From Eledone cirrhosa (Eukaryota), in assembly GCA_964016885.1 (NCBI GenBank), contig OZ024745.1:119536001-119600000 (forward strand): 64,000 bases of DNA. The letters are read 5' to 3'. The position numbers and the translations under genes are program-made. Positions 14,870 through 28,218 of this stretch are shown piece after piece. A model generated the notes under the pieces. It saw only the letters and a program-made list of their open reading frames with translations, did no database searches and was not told the origin of the DNA. Position 1 is the stretch's first letter. Each line of letters opens with the position of its first letter.

Positions 14870-15135
14870 TAGTATGCAGGTTAGAGCACTCAACGAATTG
14901 CGCAGGTGAGTCTGTTTACTCCGGAATAATTTAAAACATGAAGTGTAAGTCAACAGGTTAAAATCAACTTCGTTTATTCATATTCGCTGCAATATACATT
15001 TCGGTGATAACCATTCTTCAACAAGTATGATCTCACCAGGCAGCTAGAACTTGAACAAAAAAAAAAACAGGAAAACACATGCCGAGTTTCGAAGTGTGGT
15101 GTTGTTTTCTCAAAGAACTGGTGGCATATGAATTA
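14870..15135 (-). mobile_element. PLE terminal repeat family P2 with hammerhead-like motif (14986-15044)
   Basis: Homologous to 16830-17130. Minus strand reads GCTGC-CTGGTGA...GAAATGTATATT-GCAGC. Confidence 0.65.
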
Positions 15136-16254
15136 GTATGAACGAATTTAAACATCTGAAGAATATACCTTCATCTCATTGGCCAGATACTATCTTAACA
15201 CTCCAGTAGCAAGTCTATTGAATCTCTTAATACATATATATTATTTATTTATATATATATTATTTATTTATTAATACTACTATTTATTTATTAATACTAC
15301 TATTTATATATATATTATTTATTTATTTATACTACTGTGCATTGTATTTTTTGTCTGGCCCTTATTCACTCATCCACATATATGTCTGTTTACCAACCTT
15401 GTAATTATAAGTAATTATATATTATATTATGTTCATTATTTTATATTGAAGTTGTTATTGTACTATTGATCCTTATTACTTACCGTTGATTTTATGTACC
15501 ATTATGATATGTTAAATTTTATATATCATGTAAGATGTTTATATTTTTGTACCATCATAATTTTGGGTATTGTACAATTTATATTTTTTTCTCACCTACT
15601 CTGTAACTCTATATGAATTGATTTGTTAACTTACATGCCATTATATATTATATATATTATTATATTATTATTATAGTATTATTGTGACATCTATATTGTT
15701 TGTGTAAATTAACCGGAGATTATCTATTATATTATATTATATATTATATAATCATATAGTTTATTATATATTATATGTGTTACTTTTAATCATTTCATAC
15801 TTCATGTATATTAGATATACGTATTATTATTATTTTTATTCCTACTATGCTTATTTATATTTAAACTCTTAACAAGGTTTAATTTGTGCTGTTAATGATG
15901 GATATGTGTATTGATGTATATGTATATGTGCGTACGTGTGCGTACATATATATATATGTATATTGTGCCTTTTAATTTTAATTTTTAATTTTAATTTTAA
16001 TATTGTTACAAGTATATTATATTATATTATATTGTATTATATATAATTCCCGCTCTATATAACCACCTTTGTTTAGCTCTAGGTTTTTTTTGCTTTGGAC
16101 TATATTTGTAATATGGTTCAAAATGTTATACACCTCCTTAGTGATTTTTATCATATATTTTTACCCATAATCTTCCAATACTTTAGTGTATGTACACTCC
16201 ATATTCTTCGGAGTTTTCGGCTTGTATTGGCCGATAGTACTTCTTGTGGTTTTG

Positions 16255-16300
16255 ATTGCCCTGATGAGTCCTTAATAGGACGAAACATTGTTGGCTAATA
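16255..16300 (+). ncRNA. Minimal type I hammerhead ribozyme (PLE-associated), at the 3' end of an AT-rich remnant
   Basis: GCC-CTGATGA-GTCC-TTAATA-GGAC-GAAAC-ATT-GTT-GGC, followed by AATAAA. Confidence 0.75.
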
Positions 16301-16442
16301 AAGACTTTTGATGTATTGAAGGCTTCTTTGTTTTATTTTCATAATTCGTCGGCTCTGTTTAAATATATTGAGCAATACCTTTTACTGTCATTTCTATAAT
16401 ACGAAGAGGGTGTTTAACTCCAACACGCTCCAGTATTTTAAT

Positions 16443-16490
<48 letters not shown>

Positions 16491-16730
16491 GTATAGTGGT
16501 AGCTATAGTGGTAGCTATAGTGCTTCCGTAGGCGGTATGCCAAAATTAGCACTCGATATTCATCAGAGTAGAGTGTAGATATTATAAAGAAAACGGACAA
16601 TCAGCAAATTTGCTCCGGACATAACACCCGTGTCTGAAAGAACCCGCAGAAGTAGAATCAGCCAGATTTACACAAGGACCACGACCCGAGCTACACGCCG
16701 GCGAAACATTTGTAACACGAAATAAACTAA

Positions 16731-16802
<72 letters not shown>

Positions 16803-16829
16803 GTGTTAATTTATCACCTAGACTTTTGA

Positions 16830-17130
16830 ATGCAGGGTAGAGCACTCGACAAAGTACACAAGTGGGTCTGATTATTCCGGAGTATCATGAGAATCATTAA
16901 GTACAAGGCCATGGGTTATAATTCCCTTCATTTATTCATAAACGCTGTTATATATATTTGGGTTATAACTGTTATGCAACAGTTATGAACTCATCAGACA
17001 GCTAGATTTTGAACAGAACAAAACAGGAAGAGATGAAACATAAATAAAAATTACCTCTTTTGTTCGATTCAAAGATATGCCCTGGGCTGATATTTGGTGT
17101 TGCTTTCTGAAAGCCCCGGCAGCATATGTG
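16830..17130 (-). mobile_element. PLE terminal repeat family P2, second copy (HHR at 16944-17002)
   Basis: Minus strand reads GCTGT-CTGATGA-GTTC-ATAACTGTT-GCAT-AACAGTTAT-AACC-CAAATATATATA-ACAGC. Confidence 0.7.
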
Positions 17131-17751
17131 AGTTGATTAATAATGAAACACTATTTAATTAATTAAGTAAAACAAAACATTGAATTCTTCAGAATTATTA
17201 AAATTATGAAAACATTAAATGTCGAACACTATTAACTATGACCTTCTTAGGTCTGGGGCAGTTTGAGAAGTAGCTAACATAATTAAGATTTTCATTTTCT
17301 TTATGGTATGTGTAGTAAAGACCAGACGGTCCATACTTGTTTTCTTTTGATTTGTTTGACCAATCCGGTAACTTTATACTCTAGCCAGTTCAAAAACGCC
17401 AACGCCAACTATAATATTTTCCCCTCTCATATAATATCTTCTGTATCGAGGATTTTTCCAGGCATATGCTTACCGGCCACGGATCTAACCAGCTCGTCTG
17501 ACCACCCGCATATCAAATGATATCTATATCTCCTGTGGATTTTATCTAAATAGAGCATGTTTTGACTTATGATATACATTTGAAATACATTGGGAGAGAG
17601 AGTAAAAAAATTAGTTTACACCTTAAAAAATGTTGAGATTTTAAATCACATGCCCATTTTAAGTTGACCGCATGAGGTCTATTTTGGGAGTCACAATCTT
17701 ATACAAATGAAATAAATATGATGCTATAGTGATATATTTTCCATTTATTAC

Positions 17752-17788
<37 letters not shown>

Positions 17789-17792
17789 AAAG

Positions 17793-17977
17793 GGCGGTGG
17801 ATTGGCAGTATCGGTAGAGGGTCGGACACCATGCTTTCCAGCATAGTTACGTCCCTTTTACGATCTGAGTTCAAATCCCGCCGAGGTTGACTTTGCCTTT
17901 CATCCTTACGGGGTCGATAAAATAAAGTACCAGTAATGCACTGGGTAATTGCTGGCCTTGTGCCTAAAGTAGAAACA

Positions 17978-18012
<35 letters not shown>
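17793..18012 (+). mobile_element. tRNA-derived SINE family B, full length, with (ATT)n tail
   Basis: GGCGGTGGATTGGCAGTATCGGTAGAG head, B box GAGTTCAAATCC, core GCCTTTCATCCTTACGGGGTCGATAAAATAAAGTACCAG; more than 20 related copies in the window. Confidence 0.9.
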
Positions 18013-18045
<33 letters not shown>

Positions 18046-18052
18046 CCCCCCC

Positions 18053-18089
<37 letters not shown>

Positions 18090-18259
18090 CATTTATCTTC
18101 GACATAGCTGAATACAAATATGTATGTGAATTTCGTATATGTAAAGATATACGGTATGTTTAATAAATAAACATTGTGAAAGCCACAGCTATGAATAAAA
18201 GACTGGTGATCAACGCCGGCGAGCGGTGTCCAGCAGATGCAAGGGCGATAATTGTCTGA

Positions 18260-18563
18260 TGGATTTTGAAACAGTTCATCACACTCCCCATTTTCCTGAT
18301 TTGGACCCACCTGACTATCATCTGTTCCCCAACATAAAAAGACACTTGGCTGGGAACCAATATCGCTGTAATGATGATGTCATGCCTGTTGTTGATGACT
18401 ATTTTGACCAACATGATGAAAGCTACTTCATCAATGCGATCGAAGCACTGCAACACCGTTAGAAAAATTGTTTGGACCACAAGAGGAACTATGTTGAAAC
18501 ATAAACCTGATTTGGTCCATGAGATTATCTTGGTCAGCCTATGAACGTTTTAGGTGACACCTA
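18260..18563 (+). mobile_element. Mariner transposase C-terminal fragment with right end
   Basis: HTPHFPDLDPPDYHLFPNIKRHLAG...DESYFINAIEALQHR matches the YSPDLAPSDY motif region; ends at a TA tract. Confidence 0.85.
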
Positions 18564-18594
18564 TATATATATATATATATATGTATGTATTTAA

Positions 18595-18638
<44 letters not shown>

Positions 18639-19142
18639 AAATATGATAATAATAGGCTGCCCGTTGCAAATGGTTGGGCATATGAAAAAGTAAGTCCTTC
18701 ATCAGTGACCCTCCAACCGTCCCAGGCATTTCATCGCTTTAAGGGCCATATGCCTCAGGTTGGTGCGAACAACGGCTAAAAAAAGTCGTTGGGACACGTA
18801 AACAAAGGGGACGCCAGGGTAACAAACAAAAAGGTTTAAGCAATGGAAAGTGAGAAGAAATAGACAAGTCCCAGATCTCTATGAATATAAACTCGGTGAA
18901 ATCGTGAACAAGAGACAAAAGACCATCAAACCTGGTTGAAATGTGAGCAAGGAAAGAATTTCGCACAAGTCTGACAGGGGGGAAAAAGGAGAGAAGAAGA
19001 AGAAGAAGAAGAAGAAGATAAAGGGGTCTGGTCTACGAATTCGGTAAACATAAGTTTTGTGAAGTCGCAGACGAAAGAGATAGAGAATATATATATATAT
19101 ATACAATATATAAGATCAAAAGATGGTTAAAAGAGTTCCATG

Positions 19143-19213
19143 TATTTTATTATGCGCATTTCAAAAACAAATATCATCATGCAATAACATTTGCGTTTTC
19201 GTCAGATAAAATA
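19143..19213 (-). ncRNA. Hammerhead ribozyme with intact core
   Basis: Minus strand reads TATTTTAT-CTGACGA-[AAACGCAAATGTTATT-GCAT-GATGATATTTGTTTTT]-GAAATGCGCATA-ATAAAATA, with an 8-bp stem I and palindromic stem III. Confidence 0.75.
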
Positions 19214-19300
19214 GGGAGACATGATATGAAGGTTAAAACACACTTGTGAATAGTGCAGTTTTAAATCAACATATATTGTACTACAATAAAACTCACCTCC

Positions 19301-19335
<35 letters not shown>

Positions 19336-19338
<3 letters not shown>

Positions 19339-19497
19339 AACCAGTAAGACCCCGACAGCTGAGCTCAAGCCGTCGAAACGGCTTGAGCTCTGCCGTCGGG
19401 AGTCATACTTTTTCCTATTACCCACTCTACTACCTCAAGTATTGAGTACTTTGGTGCGTTATGGTCCACCTGGTTCCTTACCACATTTCCTTCGTTA
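19336..19497. mobile_element. PLE-like terminal repeat family P7, short fold-back copy in (TA)n
   Basis: Shares GAGCTCAAGCCGTCGAAACGGCTTGAGCTC and the tail ...CCTTCGTTA(TA)n with 25838, 34211, 58098 and 60031. Confidence 0.75.
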
Positions 19498-19736
19498 TAT
19501 ATATATATATATATTTACTGTGCGTAGTACAGCGAATTACTGGTGTCGGTACCAAATCAAGCACTATGTGCACAGGGTGTATATAATAGAAAAAAAACGA
19601 GGACGTTACGTTTACATATAAATAATAGTTATTGTGAATCGAACAGTTACGCGCGTTTCGCAAATGATTGGCTCAAGGGAACTCAGGTGATGAGCAGATC
19701 GATACTGGCGTCGGGTCCATAACTCCAATGGACACT

Positions 19737-19847
<111 letters not shown>

Positions 19848-20199
19848 CACACAAATATATATATATATAGAGAGAGATATTTAATAGAGGGAACAGTTTC
19901 AATGTCGGGTTCGATATAAAGATACAAACTTCGTTTGACATCAAGGAGTGTGGTATTTTCTATAAAAATATTAAAATTCATTTCTCAGAAATCGTCGAAA
20001 ATAAACGAACACCATTATCGAAGAATAATCTTTAAATTGGTTATTGAAAACATTATTGTATCCAGTGGAGACGTTCGATTACATATCCAAAGTTTAGCCT
20101 CTTACAACACGCAATATAATTTGAACAATATAATTTAGTATAGTAAATCCTTAATACAAACAGAACTGAATATTTCACATGTGAGTGTATAATATATTA

Positions 20200-20412
20200 C
20201 ATTGACAGTATCGGTAAAGCGTCAAATAACATGCCGTATTGCATAGAGCTATGGCCCTTTACGTTCTGAATTCAAGTTCCTCCGAGATAAGCTTTGCCTT
20301 TCATCATTACAGGGTCGATAAAATAAAGTACCAGTAATGCGCTGGTGTCGATTTAATCGACCTTCCCTTCCTCTTCAAATTGCTGGCCTTGTGCCTAATG
20401 TAGAAACAATTA
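20200..20412 (+). mobile_element. SINE family B
   Basis: Same head, core and tail as 17793. Confidence 0.85.
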
Positions 20413-20910
20413 TGCACGTGTTATAATTACTGCAATCGACATTATTTTAAATTTCATAGTCTCTTTCCATTTGCTCATTGGACGAAAAACACGTCCTTTG
20501 TATGATACAAAATGTGATTAAATTCTCAGTATCAGACTTCCGGTTGCAGAACCCTGACTGCACTAAACTTTCTCAATACTGCATCAGTAAAGCCTGTTGT
20601 ATCTGACTCGATGGATTTCACACGAGTGTATGTAACCTCACAGAAAAATTACTCATTAATCTTAAAGTAGGTAATAAATCTGTGACTTCCTGTCATTCAG
20701 GAAACTAGCGTCCGAATGATGAATATCATTACTTGTAAATAAACTGTTTATAGGTGTGCAATTTTCCATGTGGTAGCGAGCGAATGGTGTAGTATTAAAT
20801 CACGTGTTTGTAGGCCGTAAGTGTTAGAGAACATCTAGAAATGGAAACATAAATATATACATATAGTATGTACTTCAGGGTGTGAAAATGTATGTAAGTA
20901 CCTGTGTTTG

Positions 20911-20998
<88 letters not shown>

Positions 20999-21007
20999 CA
21001 GATATAT

Positions 21008-21198
21008 AGTTGTTTCTACTTTTGGCACAAGGGGCCAGAATTACCCAGTACATTACTGGTACTTTATTTTATCGACCCCGTAAGGATGAAAGGCAAAGTT
21101 GACCTCGGCGGGATTTGAACTCAGAATGGAAAGGGCCGTAACTCTATGCGTCAAAGCATGACGTCCGACCCTCTACCGATACTGCCAATCCACCGCCC
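21008..21198 (-). mobile_element. SINE family B
   Basis: Reverse complement of the 17793 unit. Confidence 0.88.
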
Positions 21199-21436
21199 TA
21201 TATATACATATTTCTTGTAGTAATAAATTTGAAGACTAAAATCCGAAGATCAAATATTTATTATAAATACAGATTAAAGTTTAAGGGTAAGAATCGTTGC
21301 CTTCACCCGTTTACGAATTTTCTGAAACTCTTCAGAAACTTAGTTTTTCAGAAGATCAAGTATTAGGGTGAAAGCAAGCAGCGATTCTTTTCTTAATCTT
21401 TAATCTGTACATAATATGTGTATATATAAAAATGAA

Positions 21437-21642
21437 TGGACCTGTTATTTTTATCTAAAGACATTTTTTCCACCTCCAGCCCGCCCATCCTCTCAATCTA
21501 TCTTATTTCTTATTCTTTCTTCTGATGAAGGACTAGCGTCCGAAACGTTAAGACCCTCTTTCTGCTATATCAAGCGTTAACCAAATATATCCCTTCCATA
21601 TACTGTACCGATTGTGTTGTTATTTCTGTTTACCTTTTACAT
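21437..21642 (+). mobile_element. PLE terminal repeat family P1 (HHR at 21518-21553)
   Basis: TCTT-CTGATGA-A-GGAC-TAGC-GTCC-GAAACGTT-AAGA; intact minimal core with palindromic AACGTT. Confidence 0.8.
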
Positions 21643-21649
21643 ACATGGC

Positions 21650-22015
21650 CTCCCAACCCAACACTGGCGTCTGGCTCATCGCAGTTCTATCACTTGCGAT
21701 TGACACTAAGCTGGACAGTAACTGCTTACGAATCGGTGTTTAGCTGAGGCTTTGCTTCCGGCTCATGAGCCTCGTATATGTCCCTGTGGTTCCACTGTGT
21801 TTCTTTCAGTCTACACCGACACTCATGACGTTATAGTGCTTGCTGCTTTCAATGAGATGATTTAGTATGAGCTGGATGGCGGAGCCTTCCTTTCCAAGCT
21901 TGTTCCGCGAGCTGTGACACTTTCTCTAACAGCAAACCTGATGCGTTAGGCTACCAACCCAGGCTTCGCTACCCGCCAGGCCGAAGAGGTGAAACTGTCA
22001 AAGTATCGACCGCGC
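21650..22015 (+). mobile_element. Highly degenerate CRE-type non-LTR fragment (restriction-like endonuclease region)
   Basis: GAWL-like start (GGCGTCTGGCTC), CDTFSNSKP and ARQAEEVKLSKY remnants match 44100-44845. Confidence 0.6.
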
Positions 22016-22802
22016 TCTCATACATTTGTGAGCCTAGAGCTCTCTTTTTTCAGAGCCTCTGACACTGGTGGGAGGAGAGCAGGAAATTATCCACAATCTG
22101 GAAACTTAGCCCTAAATCTTTGTGTGGATTAGACACTGCTAAAGACACTCAATGACCAGGTGGTGATGTTAAGTTGTGCAACGGTTTATGTTATAGGAAA
22201 CTGTATTACAATTATTGTAATACTCAATAACAGCTTGTAATTTATAGAGGCCAACAATTTATAGGGACTGGCAGTGGTTGTCGATGACCTCGGGGACGGG
22301 TGGTATCTGGTTGGACCGTGGTGATCTTCAGTGACTAGAAATATTGATATATAACACGATTGTTCAATCGATATCACACGATTAATTAAACTAACATAAA
22401 TAATCTATTGCACTAACATGATTATTTAATTAAACATAATTGATTTAAACTAACGATATTAATAAAATAAAAAGATGATTAATCAATTGAAATAAGACTA
22501 TGAATTAATTAAACTGGAATAACAATTAGTTAAACTGACTTGATAATTAGTTAGTAACATTTCAATATTTATAGATGTACTTGCGTAATTAATTAAACTA
22601 ACATTAATTATAAGAATTGATATGTCTAATTACTTGAACTAATATGATTGTTCAAACTTCGCTGAAAAAAAACTCATCTCACATATATTGCAGCTATTAT
22701 ATTGGACTCATGCTTATCACAATCATGATTTAGTCGACCACAGAACGAATTATTTTCTTGTCTGATACATAGTTTATTTCTAATCGCTTTTCTCGAACGT
22801 GA

Positions 22803-23118
22803 AGGCGCATGGCTTAGTGGTTAGAGCATTGAGTTTCCAATCGTAAGGTTGTCAGTTCAATTCTGTTCTTGAGCAAGACACTTTATTTCACGTTGTTCCA
22901 CTTCACTCAGCTGTCGAAATGAGTTGTAACGTCAATGGTGCCAAGCTGTATCGGTCATTGCCTTTCCCTTGGACAACATCGGTGGCGTGGAGAGGGGAGA
23001 CTGGTATGCATGGGTCACCGCTGCTCTTCCACAAAACAAACCTTGTCTAGGCTAGTAGCTCGGAGGAAAACATTCTAGGTGCAAAAACCATGGTCATTAG
23101 TGACCGAGTGGGACCTTA
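22803..23118 (+). mobile_element. SINE family A, full length
   Basis: A and B boxes, CORE-like segment and a long 3' tail. Confidence 0.85.
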
Positions 23119-23147
23119 AGTTCTCGAACCTCTACCTACACATATGC

Positions 23148-23181
<34 letters not shown>

Positions 23182-23994
23182 ATATATATATAAATATGAC
23201 AAGTAAGTATGATTTGAAGCAGCGAGTGAGTTTGAAATTACAGATAGAAGCTTTCGCCGTATCTATTTGGCGTACGTCAGTACTCATCTTTTTCCATTTC
23301 TCAGAGGGTTCTAAACCCCACTATCAGGCTAAAATTTGTTTAGTAAAATAAAATATGGCTAAAACTTCTGCAACCGGCATTCGCAGTGGCACTTATGCAC
23401 GCCGGACTACATGCTTGCCCATATCTCCGATCCTAATTAAACCATTTTTCTACCCCATTTGGCTTAGTGATATCACGACATTTTGTAGGACTGAACGAAC
23501 TACAGTACGTACAAGAGAATGCTTCCGAATGCCTGTAAGTGAATGTTTATTATTAAAAACATTCTCATGTTCAGGAGGTGGTTTTAAAGTATTTGGCAAA
23601 TTAAAACCAATAAATAACAGGCTCAATGAATCTGACAGGCAACTACACATGTCACGTTTACACAAATTTCTGTATAATGTATAAGTCAATCGGATTCTAT
23701 TGCTGTAATTGCGATGTATTTTCTTATTTCAAAATAACCGTACCATGTAACTAACTGTATCGAGCAAATGTTCGTTTCGCATGCTCGGCTAATTCCAATA
23801 TCTACGAATGTTCATAAACTAACGTCAATTGTTGAAATAGTCTTGCTTTCCATCTATTGCATGAGGATGATGGCATAAAAACATAAACAGGAACGCACGC
23901 AAAATGAGTACAACTCCATTCATTATTAATAAAGAAATCATTATTAATTATATTATGTATGAGATGACTAGCAATGATAACAAGTATGTAATAT

Positions 23995-24890
23995 ACACGC
24001 ACACACAGACTGACACACACACAGACCAGACACAAACACAAACACACACACAGACTGACACACACACAGACCAGATACAAACACACACACACACGCAGAC
24101 ACAGACACAGACACACCACACAGGCCACCCAGACACACAGCACACACCACACACGCCACATACACACACAACACATGCCACACACACACACACAGCACAC
24201 ACACACACAGCACAGCACACACAAATACACACACACACACACTGACACATACATACATAAACAGTGACACACACACAGACACACACACACACATACACAC
24301 ATATATACATAGCACACACACACACACATACACACTGACACACACAGTGACACACACAGACACATACATACACACAAACATACATGGCACACACACACAC
24401 ACTGATACACACACAGACACGCACACGCACACAGACACACGCAATACACAGACATACATAAACACTGACACACACAAACACACACACAGACAAACACATA
24501 CAGACAAAGACATCCACACACACTGGCACACACGCACAGACACACTGACACACACACTGACACGGACACACACAAACACATACAGACACACAGAGACACA
24601 TACACAAACACACATAAACACACAAACACACACATACACACACAGACACACACACACACACAACACACACAGACACACACAGCACACACAAATACACACA
24701 CATCACACACAAACACAAACACAGACACACAGACACACATACACAAACAAACACATACACACATACACACAGACACAATCATACACACACACAGACACAC
24801 ATACGTACACACGCAGACACAAATACGCACACAATCTCTCTCTTATACACCCATACACACTGAAACGCACTCACACACACACACATATAT
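23995..24890. repeat. Degenerate CA-rich simple repeat (~900 bp)
   Basis: Direct reading; source of the CVCV/THTH ORFs. Confidence 0.95.
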
Positions 24891-25086
24891 ATGCCTGTGA
24901 TAATGCGTGTGTGGGTATGTGTGTATATGTGTGTGTGTGTATTAAGACAGCATCCTAGTACAGAAATGACTATAAATATAGTCAATTATTAATAAGTTAG
25001 TGTATATTTTGGTTTATATTACTATCGTTTCCTACGTGTGTTTTTACATATTTACTTGAGTGGGTAATAGTAATTATCATTTAATA

Positions 25087-25230
25087 TCTATATATATATA
25101 TAAACTGTGTGTGTGTGAGTTTGAATCCCTAAAACTTGAGAACCACCCAAGCGACTGTTTTCAAACTTTACACATGTAATACTTATGTTTCAGCGAGTGT
25201 TCTGAGAAAGAAATTTCAAATTGTCAATGC
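25087..25230 (+). mobile_element. Probable Helitron 5' end
   Basis: A|TCTATATATATATATAAA then (TG)n and AAAACTTGAGAACCACCCAAGCGACTGTTTTCAAACTTTACAC; resembles animal Helitron 5' termini. Confidence 0.45.
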
Positions 25231-25329
25231 CCTAGGGACCACATTAGGCGATTTTGCGATCCCTCTCTATAATTCTTAGTCTTTCTCTTTTTAGATAGAT
25301 ACATACATAGAACGTCGTGCCATGGGAGA

Positions 25330-25753
25330 AAAGAAATAGCATTTCGCTTCAAGCATAGCTTATACAATATGTATAAATATTTCGTATCTCCAAAGAAATA
25401 CGGTTTCTATTTCTATTCCTATTTCTTTTCTATTATAAGTGGAGCCAACTTATGCAGCTTCATGTGCAAATGATATTAATCACCTCATTTACACAGACGA
25501 GAAAACTATATTTTCTCAGCTGTCTTCTAGTCCAGCAGTCGCAAGCGGTGGGAGTGACCGTCCTGACGATGGCCAGTTAAGACTAAAATGCATAGACAAT
25601 TGTCCCCCTTGCTTCTGCACGACATCACCAGAGCCCCCCCCCCCCCGCCCCACTGTTTGCATAGCTACGGCTTCCTAAAACCGTATCTCTTTGGAGATGC
25701 GAAATATTTATAGATATTGTATAAAGCTATGCTTGATGCGAAATCCTATTTCT

Positions 25754-25760
<7 letters not shown>
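25330..25760. mobile_element. PLE terminal repeat family P4 with inverted partial copy (degenerate HHR at 25557-25600)
   Basis: 25330-25410 is inverted relative to 25675-25755; body homologous to 36265-36595. Confidence 0.75.
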
Positions 25761-25837
<77 letters not shown>

Positions 25838-26040
25838 AACGAAGGAAGTATGGTAAGGAACTAGGTGGACCATAAAGCACCAGAATACTTCATACTTAGG
25901 GTAGTAGAGTGGGTAATAAGAAAATGTTCAAGACCGCGACTACAGAGCTCAAGCCGTTTCGAAGGCTATTTCGGGCTACTGCAGAAAGCCGTCGAATGGG
26001 CTTGAACTCTGCCGTCGGGGTCTTGAACATTTTCCCATAT
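25838..26040. mobile_element. Family P7 short fold-back copy flanked by (TA)n
   Basis: Internal palindrome GAAAATGTTCAAGACC...GGTCTTGAACATTTTC. Confidence 0.75.
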
Positions 26041-26174
26041 ATATATATATTTATATATTAATAAAAGAAGTTCCTACTTTGTCTGATTTACTCGTTTTAT
26101 TTACAATCCTTTAAAATTATAATGATATTATAATGAAATAGCATGGTAGAATATTAAGTGTAAAATGTTAATTT

Positions 26175-26298
<124 letters not shown>

Positions 26299-26898
26299 AC
26301 GTGTATGTGTGTGTATTTATGTATATGATGTTTGCAAATTTCCACGCGTACGATTCTATATATTATATGATCCACGTTAGTGAGATAGACAAGCAGATAG
26401 AGGAAATGTTTGGAAAGAGAGGGTAATACTGAAGGGCATATCGAGTGAGAAATGTAAAGCTGATAAATGAAAATGAATTATAGAAACAACGTAAAGCTTT
26501 GTGATAAAAACACATTGCCAGAATTGTAAACAGATGAAGAATATTAAAAATAAACAAGAAATATGCGAGGTGTGTGAGGCTAGAAAAGAGAAAGAGAAAA
26601 GACAGTTATACAAATATTAGCGGCTGCTTTTAAAGGAAAGATGAAGAAGATATCATACTTCTTAAGCATGATACTGCATCAGTTCGGAAAATGAAGATAG
26701 TGGGTACTATGTCGACATGCTACTAAATCATATAAAATAGTTCATACAGTACACCAGATAAGGAATCCGAACGTAACTTCTCATCAAGGAGACCACCAAG
26801 ATCACGTAATACAGGGCATTTAAAATAATTTGATATCATTTGAGATGAAAATATCCCAGAGACTACAAAGTCTATGGGTGAGTTAGTGTTATAATGAT

Positions 26899-27100
26899 TT
26901 CTAGTATAGGCACAAGGCCAGTCATTTTGGGGGAAGGGAAAGTCGATTAAATCGACGCCAGAACATTACTGGTACTTTATTTTATCGACCCCGTAAGGAT
27001 GAAAGGCAAAGTTAACCTCGGCGGGATATGAACTCAGGCCGTAAATAGCCATACCTCTATACTGCAAAGCATGGTGTCTGACTCTCTACCGATGCTGCCT
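26899..27100 (-). mobile_element. SINE family B
   Basis: Core TTTATCGACCCCGTAAGGATGAAAGGCAAAG. Confidence 0.85.
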
Positions 27101-27494
27101 GTTGAAAGATTTTGAGGAATAAATCTTATGCTACTCAACATTAAGTCTGCACAATTGCGTCGTCCTAGACTTGGTAGTTTCTGAGATATCTACTTTGTAT
27201 ATCAAATGATAACAATGTTTTTAAATACCCAGTATATTAAATTCAAAATACAAATATCAAAATATATACCTTTAAATATAACTTTTTATGGATCAAATCT
27301 CTGGAGGTAAAATGAACTAATCTGTGTCATACATTTTTAAGGCTCCTCATTTGGGATTTTACCGTATTACGTGAAAGTATATGTTAATCACTTTTTACTA
27401 CTGCGGCTTCTGTGTAGAATCTACACTGTAGATGAACCATGATGTAAATGCAATTTATAGTATGAAAATACACTCTTGACAGGTGCAATGTGTT

Positions 27495-27802
27495 CGAACA
27501 CGGAAGAGCCGAACTCTCACCGTCATCGCCCCCATCTCTCTTGCCCTCCCCATCTCTGTGTATAGTGAACAATGGGGTCTCACGTGTAGGCCGCCCTACA
27601 GCCCCGGCAGAAAGAATGGAGAAGGCGTTTCCCCGGATGATGGTAAGGAAGATGCGCTGGGAGAGCTATTCCATCTCACGAGGCTCACACAGCGCCTATG
27701 GTGGTGTGTAGGGAGGTAGCCCTAGGGCAAAGAACACCAGAAGTCTCCACTGCCAAGGGCACGACCGCAAATCTGTCGGAGAGCGATCGGTTCTTGGAGA
27801 GT
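27495..27802 (-). mobile_element. CRE-type non-LTR retrotransposon 3' end
   Basis: RISLTIIRGNAFSILSAG-type terminus; 3' UTR shared with 51590. Confidence 0.75.
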
Positions 27803-27954
27803 ATTACTATATCTACTCTGCACATAAATATGTATTGAGTTCTACCTTAATTAAGGACCGTCTTTGCCCTTAAAATATGTATGCAATATATCTAAGCAAC
27901 AGGATCAACATTCACAGTTTGCTAGAAAATGTAACAGCAAGAAACGTATATAAT

Positions 27955-28160
27955 TGTTTCTAGTTAAGGAACAAGGTCAGCAATTTTGGGGAAAGGGAAA
28001 TTCAATTAAATCGACCCAAGTGCATTAGTGGTGTGTTATTTATCGACCCCGTGGGGATGAAAGGCAAAGCTAACCTTGGCGGAATTTGAACTCAGAATAT
28101 AAAGGGTCGTAACTCTATGCCACAAAGCATGGTGTCCGTCGCTCTACCGATACTGCTAAC
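27955..28160 (-). mobile_element. SINE family B
   Basis: Core and head present. Confidence 0.8.
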
Positions 28161-28218
28161 GTATACGAAGCTATTAGGCAACTTTAAAAAAATAGAAAGT
28201 TTCGTGCTCGTAAAACAA

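Noticed and set aside
23802-24985. CVCV/THTH ORFs up to 342 aa (also 58688-59203)
   Set aside because: Translations of CA/TG simple repeats.
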